Source: a virus
Direction: 5' to 3' (one strand)
DNA length: 64,000 nucleotides
IMG/VR virus record: IMGVR_UViG_3300030333_003379
Span: 33,524-97,523 of that record
The notes under the pieces were generated by a model. That model searched no databases. It had not been told where the DNA came from and saw only the letters and a list, made by a program, of their open reading frames with translations. Positions 1-11,779 of the stretch are shown in pieces (positions within the stretch are counted from its first letter, which is position 1; the number at the start of each line of letters is the position of its first letter). The position numbers and the translations under genes were made by a program.

Positions 1-1871
1 GTATCTCTCAATGTTGAGCCATCCATAAACAAAAACGGCTCACCGACTGTAAGCCATTGTGTTGGATCTGGATTGGCGACAGTAGCCCCGCCTGTGAAAT
101 TGTAACCTTGAAGGATATATTCATTGCCACTACCACTTGCAACTTGTAATCCAATACCACCATGTGCTGTTGTAGATAGATAATCTGCGTGATCAAAATC
201 TGCTCTAAGTGCCTGTTGCGTGGCTTCTGTTGCAATACGGAATCTTTCTATTTGAGATTGTGATTTGGTTCGCAAAATATCTCCTTGATTGAAAATATAT
301 GATGCTCTTGCCTCACCTTTCAGAAGCACACGATTTGTGTAATACTGTGGTTGATATGACGGTAAAGACCATTGTAATCCTGTTTTTCGATATTGTGGCC
401 CATTTGCTATTACTGTTGTAGATACGATATTTGCACTAATTTCAGCCACTACACCAATACTTTGCCCACTTGCATTATACACGGTATCTCCGACTTTGTA
501 ATAATCTTCTATGTTGTCGTTAGGAACAACCACTTCCAAATTAGTCCTTGCACCAGCAGTTAGAGTGCCACCTTTTGTGGCGATATAATCACTATTATGA
601 TAGATGCCTGTTGGATAAGGCCCCATTCCATCCATTTTAGTGCCATGCTCTGGTTCTTCAACAGGTAATGTCTTGGTTGTATCGTTGTAAGCGTAATTTT
701 TGCTTGCAGGTGCTGCGTGACCCATCACGGCTGGCCCTTTGGCAACTAGATCTGGGGGTGGCATATCGGGCAATTGGCAACTATTCAAACCTTCAATACT
801 GAATCGAGAGAATCCACGCTGCAAAGCATGAGAACTTGCAGGGTCGCCATCTTTGACGGGTATTGCCCCTCGTGATTCGTGGTTAATCGCAGGTAATCCC
901 ATATTACCACCATCCATAGGCTTCGCAGTAAGATACCATACGGGTAATTCGCTACCAAGACCTTGCACCACAGGGCCACCGTTTGCTGTTCCCCAATACC
1001 CACCACCTGTTGGTGTATCGGACTCCCACGACACAATTACAGTATGCTGTTCCTCCGTTTCGTTTTGAACCGCAATTTCTTGATTAACCGGTAAGTCCAC
1101 GGATCCTGTATCATGGGTAATATGAAAATCAACATAAAATTGTGATGAGAGTGTGGTTTCACTTGCAACTGACCAACTATCATAAGTCATAGTTCTGGTT
1201 CCAGCGTTTGATGTGATAGTGCCTCTTTGTGGTATATCAGAAGGTAAGCATTCTTGGGCGCATCCTTCTCTTTTGGTTAAGGTTTGTGCGCCATCTGCGC
1301 CCATTTGCGCTCTCACAAAGGCATGACCCGTTAATGGGTGAGTCCAATTACCAACACCGGGCATTGTGGAGGATGTTGATAGCACCTTTCCAAGATACTC
1401 CTTAGCACCACTCATCTTTTTGTATGTGGCTCGTAAATACCGTGTTTGACCATGAATCCCTGCTTGATGGCTTCGACTTGAATTGATTGCAGAAGCAATC
1501 ATCCTTGCTGCTTCTTCTGTGCCTAAGTCATAAGTCAAAACAGGCAAAACGGCAGACAAACCAGCATTATCTGTTCGTGTTTTTTGATTTGCTTCTGCTG
1601 CTCTTTTCAAATCAATAACCACAAAGTTAGTGCCGTTAGCAGTAACTGCTGATGTTAGATCACCTGCCTGTGGTGTGCGTATGAGAAAGTGCATACCTTG
1701 TTGATTACCACCTGCTGCCCATGTAGTGTCCACAGGATCTTCGTATTTGGTATCTGGATAAGTAAAATGGAGGCTGAAATACCCGCTTTTGGGGCGGGTT
1801 GGTGTAGTTCCAAAGGTTTGAGCAGATATAGCAGCAAAGGCTCTCTGCGAGAAAACACTCTTTACCGTCAT
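1..1871 (-). CDS. Large virion/tail-associated protein, runs off the left window edge (>=623 aa; MTVKSVFSQRAFAAISAQ...)
   Basis: Manual translation: ATG at 1871, 4 nt after the stop of the 1970-aa gene, with no stop before position 1. Absent from the ORF track. G/T/S-rich, in the tail-tip region. Confidence 0.75.
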   Translation of the reverse strand, partial: MTVKSVFSQRAFAAISAQTFGTTPTRPKSGYFSLHFTYPDTKYEDPVDTTWAAGGNQQGMHFLIRTPQAGDLTSAVTANGTNFVVIDLKRAAEANQKTRTDNAGLSAVLPVLTYDLGTEEAARMIASAINSSRSHQAGIHGQTRYLRATYKKMSGAKEYLGKVLSTSSTMPGVGNWTHPLTGHAFVRAQMGADGAQTLTKREGCAQECLPSDIPQRGTITSNAGTRTMTYDSWSVASETTLSSQFYVDFHITHDTGSVDLPVNQEIAVQNETEEQHTVIVSWESDTPTGGGYWGTANGGPVVQGLGSELPVWYLTAKPMDGGNMGLPAINHESRGAIPVKDGDPASSHALQRGFSRFSIEGLNSCQLPDMPPPDLVAKGPAVMGHAAPASKNYAYNDTTKTLPVEEPEHGTKMDGMGPYPTGIYHNSDYIATKGGTLTAGARTNLEVVVPNDNIEDYYKVGDTVYNASGQSIGVVAEISANIVSTTVIANGPQYRKTGLQWSLPSYQPQYYTNRVLLKGEARASYIFNQGDILRTKSQSQIERFRIATEATQQALRADFDHADYLSTTAHGGIGLQVASGSGNEYILQGYNFTGGATVANPDPTQWLTVGEPFLFMDGSTLRD

Positions 1872-1875
1872 ACTA

Positions 1876-4800
1876 TCAATCCCAATTCTTAGCCCCTATT
1901 ACGCCGGCTTCGGATGCGCTAAGGGCTTTCTTCCAAAGACCTATCTCCGCCAAACAACCCTTGAAATGGATTTTTCCATTGGTATTGGCCCCATTCGACT
2001 GTCCAATGTTACCATGCCCGTAACCCAGAGTGCCAGCATTGATCATGGTATTTTCGTGGGTCAAACGATAAGTTCCACCTGCGCCCCCATTAAAGGTAGC
2101 ATCTGTTACATATGGAACAGAGTGTAAAGCGCAACCAATCAAAATCAAATTATGATGCCTACCAGCATAACCATTTCCATAATCTGAACCGGGATCAGCA
2201 TTCAAACCAATACCCAATTTTGGTGGTAATCTTGGGTGCTTATGAACAGTTCCGCCACCCGCAATATCGTTTCCATCTTTGTAATCCGTATCATTACTCA
2301 TAGGATATCCTACTGTATCATACACCTTATCCTCTGCCGTTGTAACAGAAACCGCAACACCATTGATGTAAATGATTGGGGCAGCATCTAATGGCTTCAC
2401 CACGGTGATTTGTTGGTATAGTGATTTACTTTGATATCCTTGATAACTGTGAGATGTGTATGTGGCTTGAATCTGACCACCAGCAGCACTATTCACATGA
2501 TGTGCTACAACACGGAAATTGTAAGCAATGTTTGTTCCACCACTTGCTTGATCATGTTGTCGAGAATAGAAGGAAACACCCCATGGCTTACCATTAGAGT
2601 CAATTCCTTGCAATATAGGGCCATTACCATGTGTCCCTACACCCCATGCGTCACTTGTGTTGTCTGGTTTTACGCAAAATGTTACACTCCAAGGCCCATT
2701 TGCTACGATGTTTTTCGCATCAGGAGGGCTTGTTTCTAATGCCTGTCTAGCAGCATCATTGGTTAAGGTCGCTTTATCGGCTATTTTGGTTAGACAAATA
2801 CCCTGTGCATCATTCCAATCATTCATTTTCACCCCTCTAGCGGATATATCTCCATGATTGCTTGCACTCACATAGAGTGGCTTTATGGACTGATCGGTAA
2901 TGGCGTTGTTACCATCTTCACCTTTCTGTAAATCACCCACACCTACTAAGTCATTTGACCAATCACCGCATAATCCCATTGGCAAACCATATTTGTTTTC
3001 TATTGGCCTCCATTGTGGCAATCCCATACTTGTTCCGTAATTGAGAGTAGTGTAGCCATTGTGGTCTGAAATGTGTTCTGCTGCAAACTTGTTTAATCGG
3101 ATGTATGCTATACAATCATCATCCTTGTAGTGCATTCCAGCATATGAGTTATCCTTAGCAGTATCTTCATTCTTAACTTGTGAAAAGTCCAATACTGCTG
3201 CTGATGTTTGAATCTCTTGAAGATTCTGCAAACCACTATACCCTGTTGGCCCCTTAGAGTAATGATGCGTATAGAAGTCGCTATAATCATTGGCTGTTCC
3301 ATCACTTATGTCGAAAGTCACGCCTGTGTGTCCTCCACCGAAGAATATGATGCCATTAGCATCCAATAGTGGATCTAACAATTGTATTTCGACCCTTTGG
3401 AACTTGTTATCTTTACCATAAAACACGGACTTGAACTTATCTCTCAATTTAGGATTCAAAGGTTGAACATCCACTAAACCACAACAAGCACCTACACCGC
3501 TTTGCTTACAATGAGGGGATGTTGTGTGGAAAGTATCAACACCTGCAAATGTTGCTAAGTGCTTGTTATCCACCAAAATTAACCCTCTATTGGTTGATGA
3601 AAGGAGTTTATTGATTCTCTTAGGAATATCTAGAGCCTTTCTCTCAACCCAAAGATTTGGTTGAGAAATGGGATCATAATCTGGTAGCAACGGCTCAATA
3701 TCAGTCCCTGCTGCACCGTAATTTGACGCATATCTTGGGAACTTTACAGTATTGAAAGTCATTGCCTGTCCAACTCCATCGTATAATCTCAATTCATCAT
3801 CTAATTCAACCGCACCATGCACAGCACCTTGGAAAGTAGTAATTGGAACATGGGTTTCACCATCTGCACCTAATGGTAATGGGGCAGGGAATGAGTTCAA
3901 TTGGTATGACCTACTGTTCGTGGTCAAAAGCCCACCAAACCCAACCGCTTGGGTTGGTCTGTATGGATACGGGCTATTGTTGTTCAACCATATTGCAAAA
4001 TTACGGCTTGAAGCACCCGGAATGGTGCTATGGATGACTATACTTGTTCCACTTTCACCATCTCGACTTTCAACATCACCCCCAAGGAATGCTCTCACAT
4101 ATCCCATGTGACTACCTGTATCGGTTGATGTTGTTGATTCTGTAAATAGTGGAGGGGGATTGAATGCACTACCCCCATTTGCATTAAGAGCATCTGGATG
4201 CCCTGCTTGATTGATTCTGCGTATCAATTCATTAACGGCTTCTTTGAAATTACTAGCAGCATTGGCTACATCTCCCAATTTGATTCTTTGTGGTCGCACC
4301 CATTCCAATGTTTCATTATCATTCTTGATGCCTTTTAATCCCAAATAACTTGCATTTACCTCAAGAGAAGGCATTAGTGGTTTATCGTCTGTTCCCCAAA
4401 AGTGTTGTTTTGGATCAACTGTAATACCTTCCATTGAAGGCCCTCTAAGAATCAAAACACGGTTTTCATCGTCTGGGTCTATGATGACTCTAGGTGGCCT
4501 AGTGTTTGATCTAGGAACAGCACCAAACAATTTCTTTAGGCCAACGGTGATTTTATCTCTTACACTTGTAATGCTTGTGCCTGAAATGTATAGTTCATCG
4601 GCTAAATCGCTGTATAATGGTGCAATTGCAGGGTTTGTGGTTTCTGTGGTGAAATATGAAGAAGGGGTAAGCCATCCACCCATCACAACAGGCAGACCAC
4701 TTGTGATGAAATGCCCAAGCCACATAGCGTCATCTTCATCCCATGAAGTGGTGTCGAGAAGTGGGTTGCTAAAACGACCAAAATACAACCGATGAGAATT

Positions 4801-7788
4801 ACCATTGATCTCCATTTTATGGATGTGTAGCCTTATTCCAACTTCACCCAATATACCTTCTCCAACTGTAACTACAAATCCATTACCTGTATTGATAGCA
4901 GTAGCGATAGGCTCTGGTGCGCTAATATCGAAATCCCATATGGCATCACCACCAGAATACGGAACAGCACCCGTATCTTCATTTTTTGTGAACATATTGA
5001 TTTTGCTATTTGTCGCAGCATAAGCCCCGCCTCCTGACGGTGCGGTTGTTAGCCAACCACCTTCATAGACAAAAGGTAAAACAGAATCCACTTCGATGTA
5101 AGCACCAGCCGTTTTCCAATTATCAGAGGATGATACTACCGCAGTATCTTCATTTGCAGACCAAGATGCAGATGGTTTGGTAAAGGTGGCAGCATTTTCA
5201 CGCATACACCTAATCGGTGGTATGCTATTGAAATCACGCACCTTGATAGCAGAAACCTCACTACGAAGCCCCCAATCAATCGCATAACGGCTTTCATAAT
5301 CTTGCATTTGAGGGCGATTTACTGCCATCATAGTGCAATCCACTACCATTTCCATTGATTTGTCGCTTGGTAATGGTGATCTCTTGTTGGTGCTAGTATC
5401 CAATCTCTTTTCCACATCAAAAAACATGGAAGGGAACAGAGGCAACTCAACCAAAGCACGAGTAGAAGCATAATATGTTGATGTTTGTTTATCATTCCTT
5501 ACAGATGGATTATTTGTGCCAATGATTGTATCTTTCCATCCCGGCAACACAGGGTGTTCCTGTCGTGTTGCCTTGATATCTAGACCACCTTGCCCTAAAC
5601 CTCCCATTGTGAGGCTTACCACAGGACTCCCAATATCCCCAATCTCTTTCATTGGATATCCTTCGGATATATTGAAATCACGCTCAACTACTGAATCACC
5701 TACATCCATTAACACAGATCTGCCACGAAGGGCTACACCTTGCGCTTCACCATCTTCGCCACTTGTTGGGGCTATTTCCTCAACACGGCCACGCATTAAC
5801 ATCAATTCAATTACACATTTACTATACGGCTTATTTCCACTTTTCTTAGCAAAGTGTTGCAAAGTAGCACTTCTTTCTCTATCTTTTGGTTGAACTAAAA
5901 TGTAGTGGCGATCAGCCTTGACTTCATTATCAATAATATCAAATTGCTCTAATGCTAATGGTGAAAAATTGGTATGTGTGGCATCGGCATTAACGGAGGC
6001 TAAAGAACGCTTTCCATCAATTTTCATGTTGAGCATATGATATGCCCCTTTACTTTGTGTAACAGGAGTTCTGGTATTGGGTATTGCCACAGGCAACCCA
6101 TATGCTTGCTCTTTACTTCGATTTCCAACACCGGGTTTGAGTGTTTCAATGAGATAATTAAGCATATGACTTCGGGGGGTATGCTCTAAATTGATGAATG
6201 GTGCTTGGGTCATATCCCCCGTTGGATTGACTTTGAGAGTATGATTCTTGATAGATGAGTCAATATCCTTAGCGGGTAAGGAAATGATACCACCCGGTGC
6301 GTGAATAGTGAATGGTGTCCATGTTTGATTTGCATCTGCTTCAAGATATGGTCGTCTTAGGAAATCGGCTAAGGAACGAGTAGCAACACCATCCCAATAC
6401 TGTGTATTGGCATCAGGAACGGTGCGTTCTACCACCAACCACCCAGAAGTATCCTCTTTTCTTTGATTTTCTGGAAGGTCTGTTTGATCCACATAATCAT
6501 CAAAATGACTAAACAAAAGATTAGCGTCATTCAAAGAATTGGTATTTGCATTGAGTGCTGTAAAGGCAAATGGTGGGTTGTGATCCAAACCCGCCATAAC
6601 TTCTCCTGTCTTATCAATAGCCGAATAATACACCTTAATCTTGCTAGGTATGCCAACATCAATCAAAGCCTGTGGCATATCCACTATTGCAAGGCGTGGT
6701 TGCTTTTCAGGCGTAAGATGGCGTATGTATTCTCGATTAGTGGGCTTCAATGGATTGGTGAAATCCCATTCCGCTTCATGGTCAATATCCATCCCTTTGA
6801 GGGCGAATGGCCGAACATCATCTACTCGCAATGCTACGATAGTGTTGGCGGTTGAACTCAATTGTGCTGCACCTAACGAATCCAAATGTCCTGTTCCACC
6901 TTGGATGATGATAGAACTTTTCTTGGTAACTCCAAGATTGTATGTGCTTACCGTGGATTTTGTGATAACATCTAGACCTTCTCCTTGATATACGATGTTA
7001 GTCACATCAACTTTATCGTTGGTATCAATAAGAGATTCAATGCCAATATCTTCGTATTTTGACTCAAAACTATCGTTGATACCTTGCACCGTTTTAGTGA
7101 TTTTTTCATCTGTTGGCATAGGTAAAGCCTTGAGGAAGAAGTTACCCTCCACAACATTGTATGAAGTAACACCGCACATACCCGGATAATCTTCATCAGG
7201 CTCAAGCATTTGTGTAACTGTGGTTGAAATAGAAGGGTTTCCATACCATGTTTGGTTACTCATTGCCATACCTGTTCCGGCAGGTGGTGGGGGTGGTGCG
7301 CCTCCGGGGATTGAACCTGTGGTAATCGTCTGTTGAAGATGGGTGGCTGTAATACCCAATACGCTCTCAATTTGTGCGACAGTATGGTTTGCTTTATCCA
7401 TTGGATCTGGTGCGAACCAATTCGCATCATACGGCCAACCACCAACTGCGCTAGTGTGTCGAGCCTGTTCAGCACCTGCCAAAACGAAAGCACCTGCACC
7501 TAATCCCACAGGGCTTGCTACTACTATATCGGTAGCCACGACCTCTGGCACACCCAAAGCAGTTCTTATGTGTGCTACAATACGCAGATAACTCAATGCT
7601 GCATCTGCTCTGCTTTCTACAAGAATGGGCGCACCTGCCGCACTAACAGGGGCTAATGAGGCATCAAATGGCATTGGATAAGCATCCAAAGCAAATGGCC
7701 CCGCACCCAACATCAATTTATTCAACATCATCATGGCGGTTTCTTCATCGTATGTTGCAACATCAGAAGTCGAAAGTGCTACCATCAA
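1876..7788 (-). CDS. Very large tail-tip/baseplate-type protein (1970 aa) with C-terminal LamG/ConA-like domain
   Basis: Position after tape measure. C-terminus has WSVTFCVKP...QQITVV...IIYINGVAV...FKGCLAEIGLWKKALSASE, typical of LamG-like jelly rolls. Confidence 0.7.
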   Translation of the reverse strand: MMVALSTSDVATYDEETAMMMLNKLMLGAGPFALDAYPMPFDASLAPVSAAGAPILVESRADAALSYLRIVAHIRTALGVPEVVATDIVVASPVGLGAGAFVLAGAEQARHTSAVGGWPYDANWFAPDPMDKANHTVAQIESVLGITATHLQQTITTGSIPGGAPPPPPAGTGMAMSNQTWYGNPSISTTVTQMLEPDEDYPGMCGVTSYNVVEGNFFLKALPMPTDEKITKTVQGINDSFESKYEDIGIESLIDTNDKVDVTNIVYQGEGLDVITKSTVSTYNLGVTKKSSIIIQGGTGHLDSLGAAQLSSTANTIVALRVDDVRPFALKGMDIDHEAEWDFTNPLKPTNREYIRHLTPEKQPRLAIVDMPQALIDVGIPSKIKVYYSAIDKTGEVMAGLDHNPPFAFTALNANTNSLNDANLLFSHFDDYVDQTDLPENQRKEDTSGWLVVERTVPDANTQYWDGVATRSLADFLRRPYLEADANQTWTPFTIHAPGGIISLPAKDIDSSIKNHTLKVNPTGDMTQAPFINLEHTPRSHMLNYLIETLKPGVGNRSKEQAYGLPVAIPNTRTPVTQSKGAYHMLNMKIDGKRSLASVNADATHTNFSPLALEQFDIIDNEVKADRHYILVQPKDRERSATLQHFAKKSGNKPYSKCVIELMLMRGRVEEIAPTSGEDGEAQGVALRGRSVLMDVGDSVVERDFNISEGYPMKEIGDIGSPVVSLTMGGLGQGGLDIKATRQEHPVLPGWKDTIIGTNNPSVRNDKQTSTYYASTRALVELPLFPSMFFDVEKRLDTSTNKRSPLPSDKSMEMVVDCTMMAVNRPQMQDYESRYAIDWGLRSEVSAIKVRDFNSIPPIRCMRENAATFTKPSASWSANEDTAVVSSSDNWKTAGAYIEVDSVLPFVYEGGWLTTAPSGGGAYAATNSKINMFTKNEDTGAVPYSGGDAIWDFDISAPEPIATAINTGNGFVVTVGEGILGEVGIRLHIHKMEINGNSHRLYFGRFSNPLLDTTSWDEDDAMWLGHFITSGLPVVMGGWLTPSSYFTTETTNPAIAPLYSDLADELYISGTSITSVRDKITVGLKKLFGAVPRSNTRPPRVIIDPDDENRVLILRGPSMEGITVDPKQHFWGTDDKPLMPSLEVNASYLGLKGIKNDNETLEWVRPQRIKLGDVANAASNFKEAVNELIRRINQAGHPDALNANGGSAFNPPPLFTESTTSTDTGSHMGYVRAFLGGDVESRDGESGTSIVIHSTIPGASSRNFAIWLNNNSPYPYRPTQAVGFGGLLTTNSRSYQLNSFPAPLPLGADGETHVPITTFQGAVHGAVELDDELRLYDGVGQAMTFNTVKFPRYASNYGAAGTDIEPLLPDYDPISQPNLWVERKALDIPKRINKLLSSTNRGLILVDNKHLATFAGVDTFHTTSPHCKQSGVGACCGLVDVQPLNPKLRDKFKSVFYGKDNKFQRVEIQLLDPLLDANGIIFFGGGHTGVTFDISDGTANDYSDFYTHHYSKGPTGYSGLQNLQEIQTSAAVLDFSQVKNEDTAKDNSYAGMHYKDDDCIAYIRLNKFAAEHISDHNGYTTLNYGTSMGLPQWRPIENKYGLPMGLCGDWSNDLVGVGDLQKGEDGNNAITDQSIKPLYVSASNHGDISARGVKMNDWNDAQGICLTKIADKATLTNDAARQALETSPPDAKNIVANGPWSVTFCVKPDNTSDAWGVGTHGNGPILQGIDSNGKPWGVSFYSRQHDQASGGTNIAYNFRVVAHHVNSAAGGQIQATYTSHSYQGYQSKSLYQQITVVKPLDAAPIIYINGVAVSVTTAEDKVYDTVGYPMSNDTDYKDGNDIAGGGTVHKHPRLPPKLGIGLNADPGSDYGNGYAGRHHNLILIGCALHSVPYVTDATFNGGAGGTYRLTHENTMINAGTLGYGHGNIGQSNGANTNGKIHFKGCLAEIGLWKKALSASEAGVIGAKNWD

Positions 7789-10526
7789 GCATCAACTCCG
7801 TATTTGTCCTCAAGATATTGACGAACATTATGATCTTCTGCATCGGTCAATAATCGGTTATACATCAACACTTCATGGACAATGAAGCCCGGAGGGGCTA
7901 AATCAGCAATTGCATTTTCTGTGGCACTTGCAGATGTTACCTTGCAAAACAATTCCATTCCTGTATTTTTGTCTGTTCCACCGCCATCTCCAATACGCAA
8001 TGGGTTGGTAGAAGTCCAACCAGCATAAGTCCTATTGTCGAAATTAACGCTATCATACATACCCCAATAGATATTTGCTGCCGTTTCATCTATTCTGATA
8101 GATGTAACTGTTATTACATCGGCTGTGGGTTTTGAGTGTGGATAAGTGCCAATAGGTGTCGCTACACCCGTAGTCGTAAGAGTGCAGTTAGTGCCACCAT
8201 TGTTGAGTGTGATATTGAAAGCATCAAAAGCCTCACTATTGATAAGTGAAACTTTATCAGAACCAGAATACTTTGGGGTCATTACGAAATACATTGACCA
8301 ATTCCCATCCGAATGAGAAGCACCTGCCATAGTGGTTTGGTGTGTTGCGTGAGAAAACGCAGGGTTTGGTATCAGATTTGCTACCCAATTAACTCTACTC
8401 GATTGTGGTAATGTAGCATTACCCCACCCATTGACCCATCCTGAACCACCCCAATGGTATGTTCCCGCAGCAGGGTAATTTGGTTGCACAGTATTGGGTT
8501 GCATATTGGGGTTTCCACCGGGCGCATTCATAGGCCCGAATTGTTGATGAAGGCTAGGTATTACTGCTTCTAATCCAGATCTGCCATTAGCATTGGTTGC
8601 AAACTCTTTGAACTTCCAACCATCACCCCAAGCATAGAATCCGTAATCTGCGGGTGGAGTCAATTGGGTAGATGGGGCTTTATTCTTCCACCAAAATACC
8701 CATTCCCCATCACCAACTACGGGTGTTCCGTCATCACGCAATAAGGTGGATTTGTCGTTAGCATCTAGCCACAAGGCTAGTCCTTCTGGTATAGGAGGGT
8801 ATTCGGGTATTGTGTTTGATATCGGTGCTGCCGCAGTAAGCATATTTTGTTGCATACGAGATTTAGGTGCGAACCAATAAGCATCATTATTACCACCACT
8901 AACATCTTTGAAACGCTGCCCTTGAGTAAATCTCGCTCTAGTAAATTGCCCTCTAGGTCTTTGGATTTTAGATCCAGAAGGGTCTGCACCATTATCAATT
9001 AGCAAATCACCGTTGCCAAGTGTGAACCAAACAGGTGTGTCGTCTGCATGATTGAATAGGAATCCTTGAGTGAATGGCTCGTTGGCGTTACTTGCCAAAC
9101 TTGTGTTCGATTGTAATAACACACTATCAACCACTACTCCGGGTGGTCTGTTTGTATATCCACCTTGAACCTCATATGGTGATAGTGTTGTTTGGTAATC
9201 AGAAGTTCCCATAGCACCCTTGAAATCTATTGCTAAGATACGGACTCTTTCAATTGGATTAGCCATCGGATCAAGATTTGTTCCACCCTGTGATATATTG
9301 TCTGTGCGAGTAAATGGGTTACGCCTTAGCCCTGTAATCGGTGATGTTCCTGATACATTGATTACTGCATTTAATGGTGATTGGTGCATACCATGTCCAT
9401 AGACACCATACCTATTGATTCGGCCTAAATCGAGTATTCCTGTTTCATACCATGGTTGTTGCTTGACTTCATTAACAGGTATATTGAGAATAAATGCAGC
9501 CAACTTTTCAAGAGCAGAAGGGCCATTGTAAGAACCATCTGCATCCGAAAAATCACGAATACGAAAATACCCATATCCATTACCTGCGAGTCGTGTTATG
9601 GGGTCTGTGTTGGGCGCAGTAGCACCAGAAGGGTTAGGGAATGTTCGGAAATCGTAACCAAGGCAAACCATTGGTAATGGCATTAGGCCATCACCAGCAC
9701 CATCAACCCCCGAATAGGAGTGACTTGGGTTTTTATTGTTGAAGAAGTATAGATCGGGAATATCCACTTCATCTTCAAAGTTCCATAGCCCTGCTGTGTC
9801 GGGATTGGAAGTGAATGGTCGCAGAATAGGTTCAACTACTCCACGGCTGATTCTCACACTCTCAATTATACCACGAAACTCTCCGCCCATTCCACCGATA
9901 AACACATCCGATGAAAATGACCTCACTATCCGTTCTTCACCACCAAAGTCCATATCTGCCACTAAATCAGTATTGATGTAAATACGCATCCTTTTCCCTG
10001 TAAATTGAGCATTCACATAGAGTAATTCACGAGATTGTAATGAAATATCATCTGGCAAATAATCAGCAGTAACCCCGTATTTGTGATTGTGTGAGGGGTT
10101 TTCTGCGGGGAATTGGACTGATGATACTACACGCTGACTAGCAACTTCTCCACTTGGATCTAAAGTGTGAACATCAAAAGAGGCATATCCCTTTTGGCGC
10201 ACTTCACCCACCTTTAGTGTGTAACAATTAGGTTTGTGTAGCACTACACCACCCATATCTGGAATGATAAATGCTTCAAGTGTGAAAGCACCGATCATAT
10301 TGTTTAGAGCGTTGCCTTCTTGTGGGATGTGATAGCGACCTATTTTCGTTTCATTGCTTTCATAGGATGATACAAAATTGGCAACACCTGTTTTTTCTGG
10401 ATGTTCCGCAGCAAACATATCCACTCCCGTTTCTCGATATGCCCCTGTCGGCACAACCAAACCATCGGTGTAACCATTAAGGCGAACAGCCTTTGAATGA
10501 AAGGAGTGTAACGGCATTGGTATCAA
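7785..10526 (-). CDS. Tail protein with two LamG/ConA-like domains (913 aa), putative receptor binding
   Basis: N-term FTLEAFIIP...MRIYINTDLV...FIGG...FRGIIESVRISRG...GLWNFED; C-term LALWLDAND...HEVLMYNRLLTDAE...QYLEDKYG. Confidence 0.75.
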   Translation of the reverse strand: MIPMPLHSFHSKAVRLNGYTDGLVVPTGAYRETGVDMFAAEHPEKTGVANFVSSYESNETKIGRYHIPQEGNALNNMIGAFTLEAFIIPDMGGVVLHKPNCYTLKVGEVRQKGYASFDVHTLDPSGEVASQRVVSSVQFPAENPSHNHKYGVTADYLPDDISLQSRELLYVNAQFTGKRMRIYINTDLVADMDFGGEERIVRSFSSDVFIGGMGGEFRGIIESVRISRGVVEPILRPFTSNPDTAGLWNFEDEVDIPDLYFFNNKNPSHSYSGVDGAGDGLMPLPMVCLGYDFRTFPNPSGATAPNTDPITRLAGNGYGYFRIRDFSDADGSYNGPSALEKLAAFILNIPVNEVKQQPWYETGILDLGRINRYGVYGHGMHQSPLNAVINVSGTSPITGLRRNPFTRTDNISQGGTNLDPMANPIERVRILAIDFKGAMGTSDYQTTLSPYEVQGGYTNRPPGVVVDSVLLQSNTSLASNANEPFTQGFLFNHADDTPVWFTLGNGDLLIDNGADPSGSKIQRPRGQFTRARFTQGQRFKDVSGGNNDAYWFAPKSRMQQNMLTAAAPISNTIPEYPPIPEGLALWLDANDKSTLLRDDGTPVVGDGEWVFWWKNKAPSTQLTPPADYGFYAWGDGWKFKEFATNANGRSGLEAVIPSLHQQFGPMNAPGGNPNMQPNTVQPNYPAAGTYHWGGSGWVNGWGNATLPQSSRVNWVANLIPNPAFSHATHQTTMAGASHSDGNWSMYFVMTPKYSGSDKVSLINSEAFDAFNITLNNGGTNCTLTTTGVATPIGTYPHSKPTADVITVTSIRIDETAANIYWGMYDSVNFDNRTYAGWTSTNPLRIGDGGGTDKNTGMELFCKVTSASATENAIADLAPPGFIVHEVLMYNRLLTDAEDHNVRQYLEDKYGVDA

Positions 10527-11776
10527 ATCCCGATAAGTTGCTCACAAGCATTGAATCCTAACTCATATGTCCATACAGAGTCACCTGCGGCATATGCTGG
10601 ATTAAATGTCTGCACAACACCGGGAATGGCGATACCTTGACGGAAGAATGGATTTGGCCTAACTGTTTCACCATCTATTACATCAACAGGGTCAAACGGC
10701 TCTATGTTTTTATGTGAAGCATAATCTGTTCCGGGGCCAGAAGGGATGATGAATTGCCTCAATTCTTCTGATACGCCTGTGGCTGTAATCAATGACTCGT
10801 ATGGTATTCTCATACCAACAATGTATTTTGATACACTATCGGATTGATCAATACGAAGTAATTTAGACACATCAAAATTGGCTAAAGAATCAGGCATTTC
10901 AATCAAATCACCTGTAAAGGACTGTGGTGATAGCATACCACCACCTGCTGACGCATTCACAGTCATATTGATGAGATCTTGCACCTTGTCGCCCTTTGTT
11001 TTGCGACTACCTGTTACTCCACCTGTGAAGTTCGACACAAAGAATGGAGAGGCAAACTCTTGGGTTGTTACAGAAGCATCTCCTGATACCAAGGTTCTAG
11101 TGTTGCCGTTGGATGATTTTACGAGATTGGTGAAAGTCAATTTTTCACTCGTAACAGAGGACAATCCTTGATCGGAGGCACTTGTGCTTGCAGAACCCGC
11201 ACTTAACGATGTGGAAAATATCGTGCTATTTGCCACGGTCACAGTATTCACCTTCACACTCGCTGCATCAAATGCGGTTTTGATGGCCGTAGCAATAGAG
11301 CCTGTATGTGGTATAGCACCTGTAAGATTCACAGGTATGATGCTATTTGTTGCCACGGTTGCTGCTGGAACTACACCAGATGAATAGAATTGAAGGGTGA
11401 TATCCTCACCCAAACCTGCATCTATTTGCCCTGCTGAACTAAATGTAATTCTTTTGCCGTGAAGTGCCGTAACCACTTTAGCAATTGTGTTATTTCCAAT
11501 AGCATCCTGTTGAGCAAACCATGAATTAGACACATTGGTGGCACGAGAAAGGTCAATGTGAGCAGTAGCCCCATTTGAGCCACTAACATTCGTATCATCT
11601 GTTAAAATACCTGATACTGTAACAGAAAATAAATTAGCATTGGTATCAAACCCTGCCCTAACACCAAACACAGGGATAGCCCATACTGCAACGCTTCTCG
11701 TGACGCTAAAGGCAACATTGGTCGCCTCCAACTCAATGATATCACCATCTCTCCGAATCAATTGTATCATTGGCAT
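10523..11776 (-). CDS. Minor tail protein (distal-tail-like, 417 aa)
   Basis: Immediately downstream of tape measure; beta-rich S/T/G composition. Function by synteny only. Confidence 0.55.
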   Translation of the reverse strand: MPMIQLIRRDGDIIELEATNVAFSVTRSVAVWAIPVFGVRAGFDTNANLFSVTVSGILTDDTNVSGSNGATAHIDLSRATNVSNSWFAQQDAIGNNTIAKVVTALHGKRITFSSAGQIDAGLGEDITLQFYSSGVVPAATVATNSIIPVNLTGAIPHTGSIATAIKTAFDAASVKVNTVTVANSTIFSTSLSAGSASTSASDQGLSSVTSEKLTFTNLVKSSNGNTRTLVSGDASVTTQEFASPFFVSNFTGGVTGSRKTKGDKVQDLINMTVNASAGGGMLSPQSFTGDLIEMPDSLANFDVSKLLRIDQSDSVSKYIVGMRIPYESLITATGVSEELRQFIIPSGPGTDYASHKNIEPFDPVDVIDGETVRPNPFFRQGIAIPGVVQTFNPAYAAGDSVWTYELGFNACEQLIGI

Positions 11777-11779
11777 TTA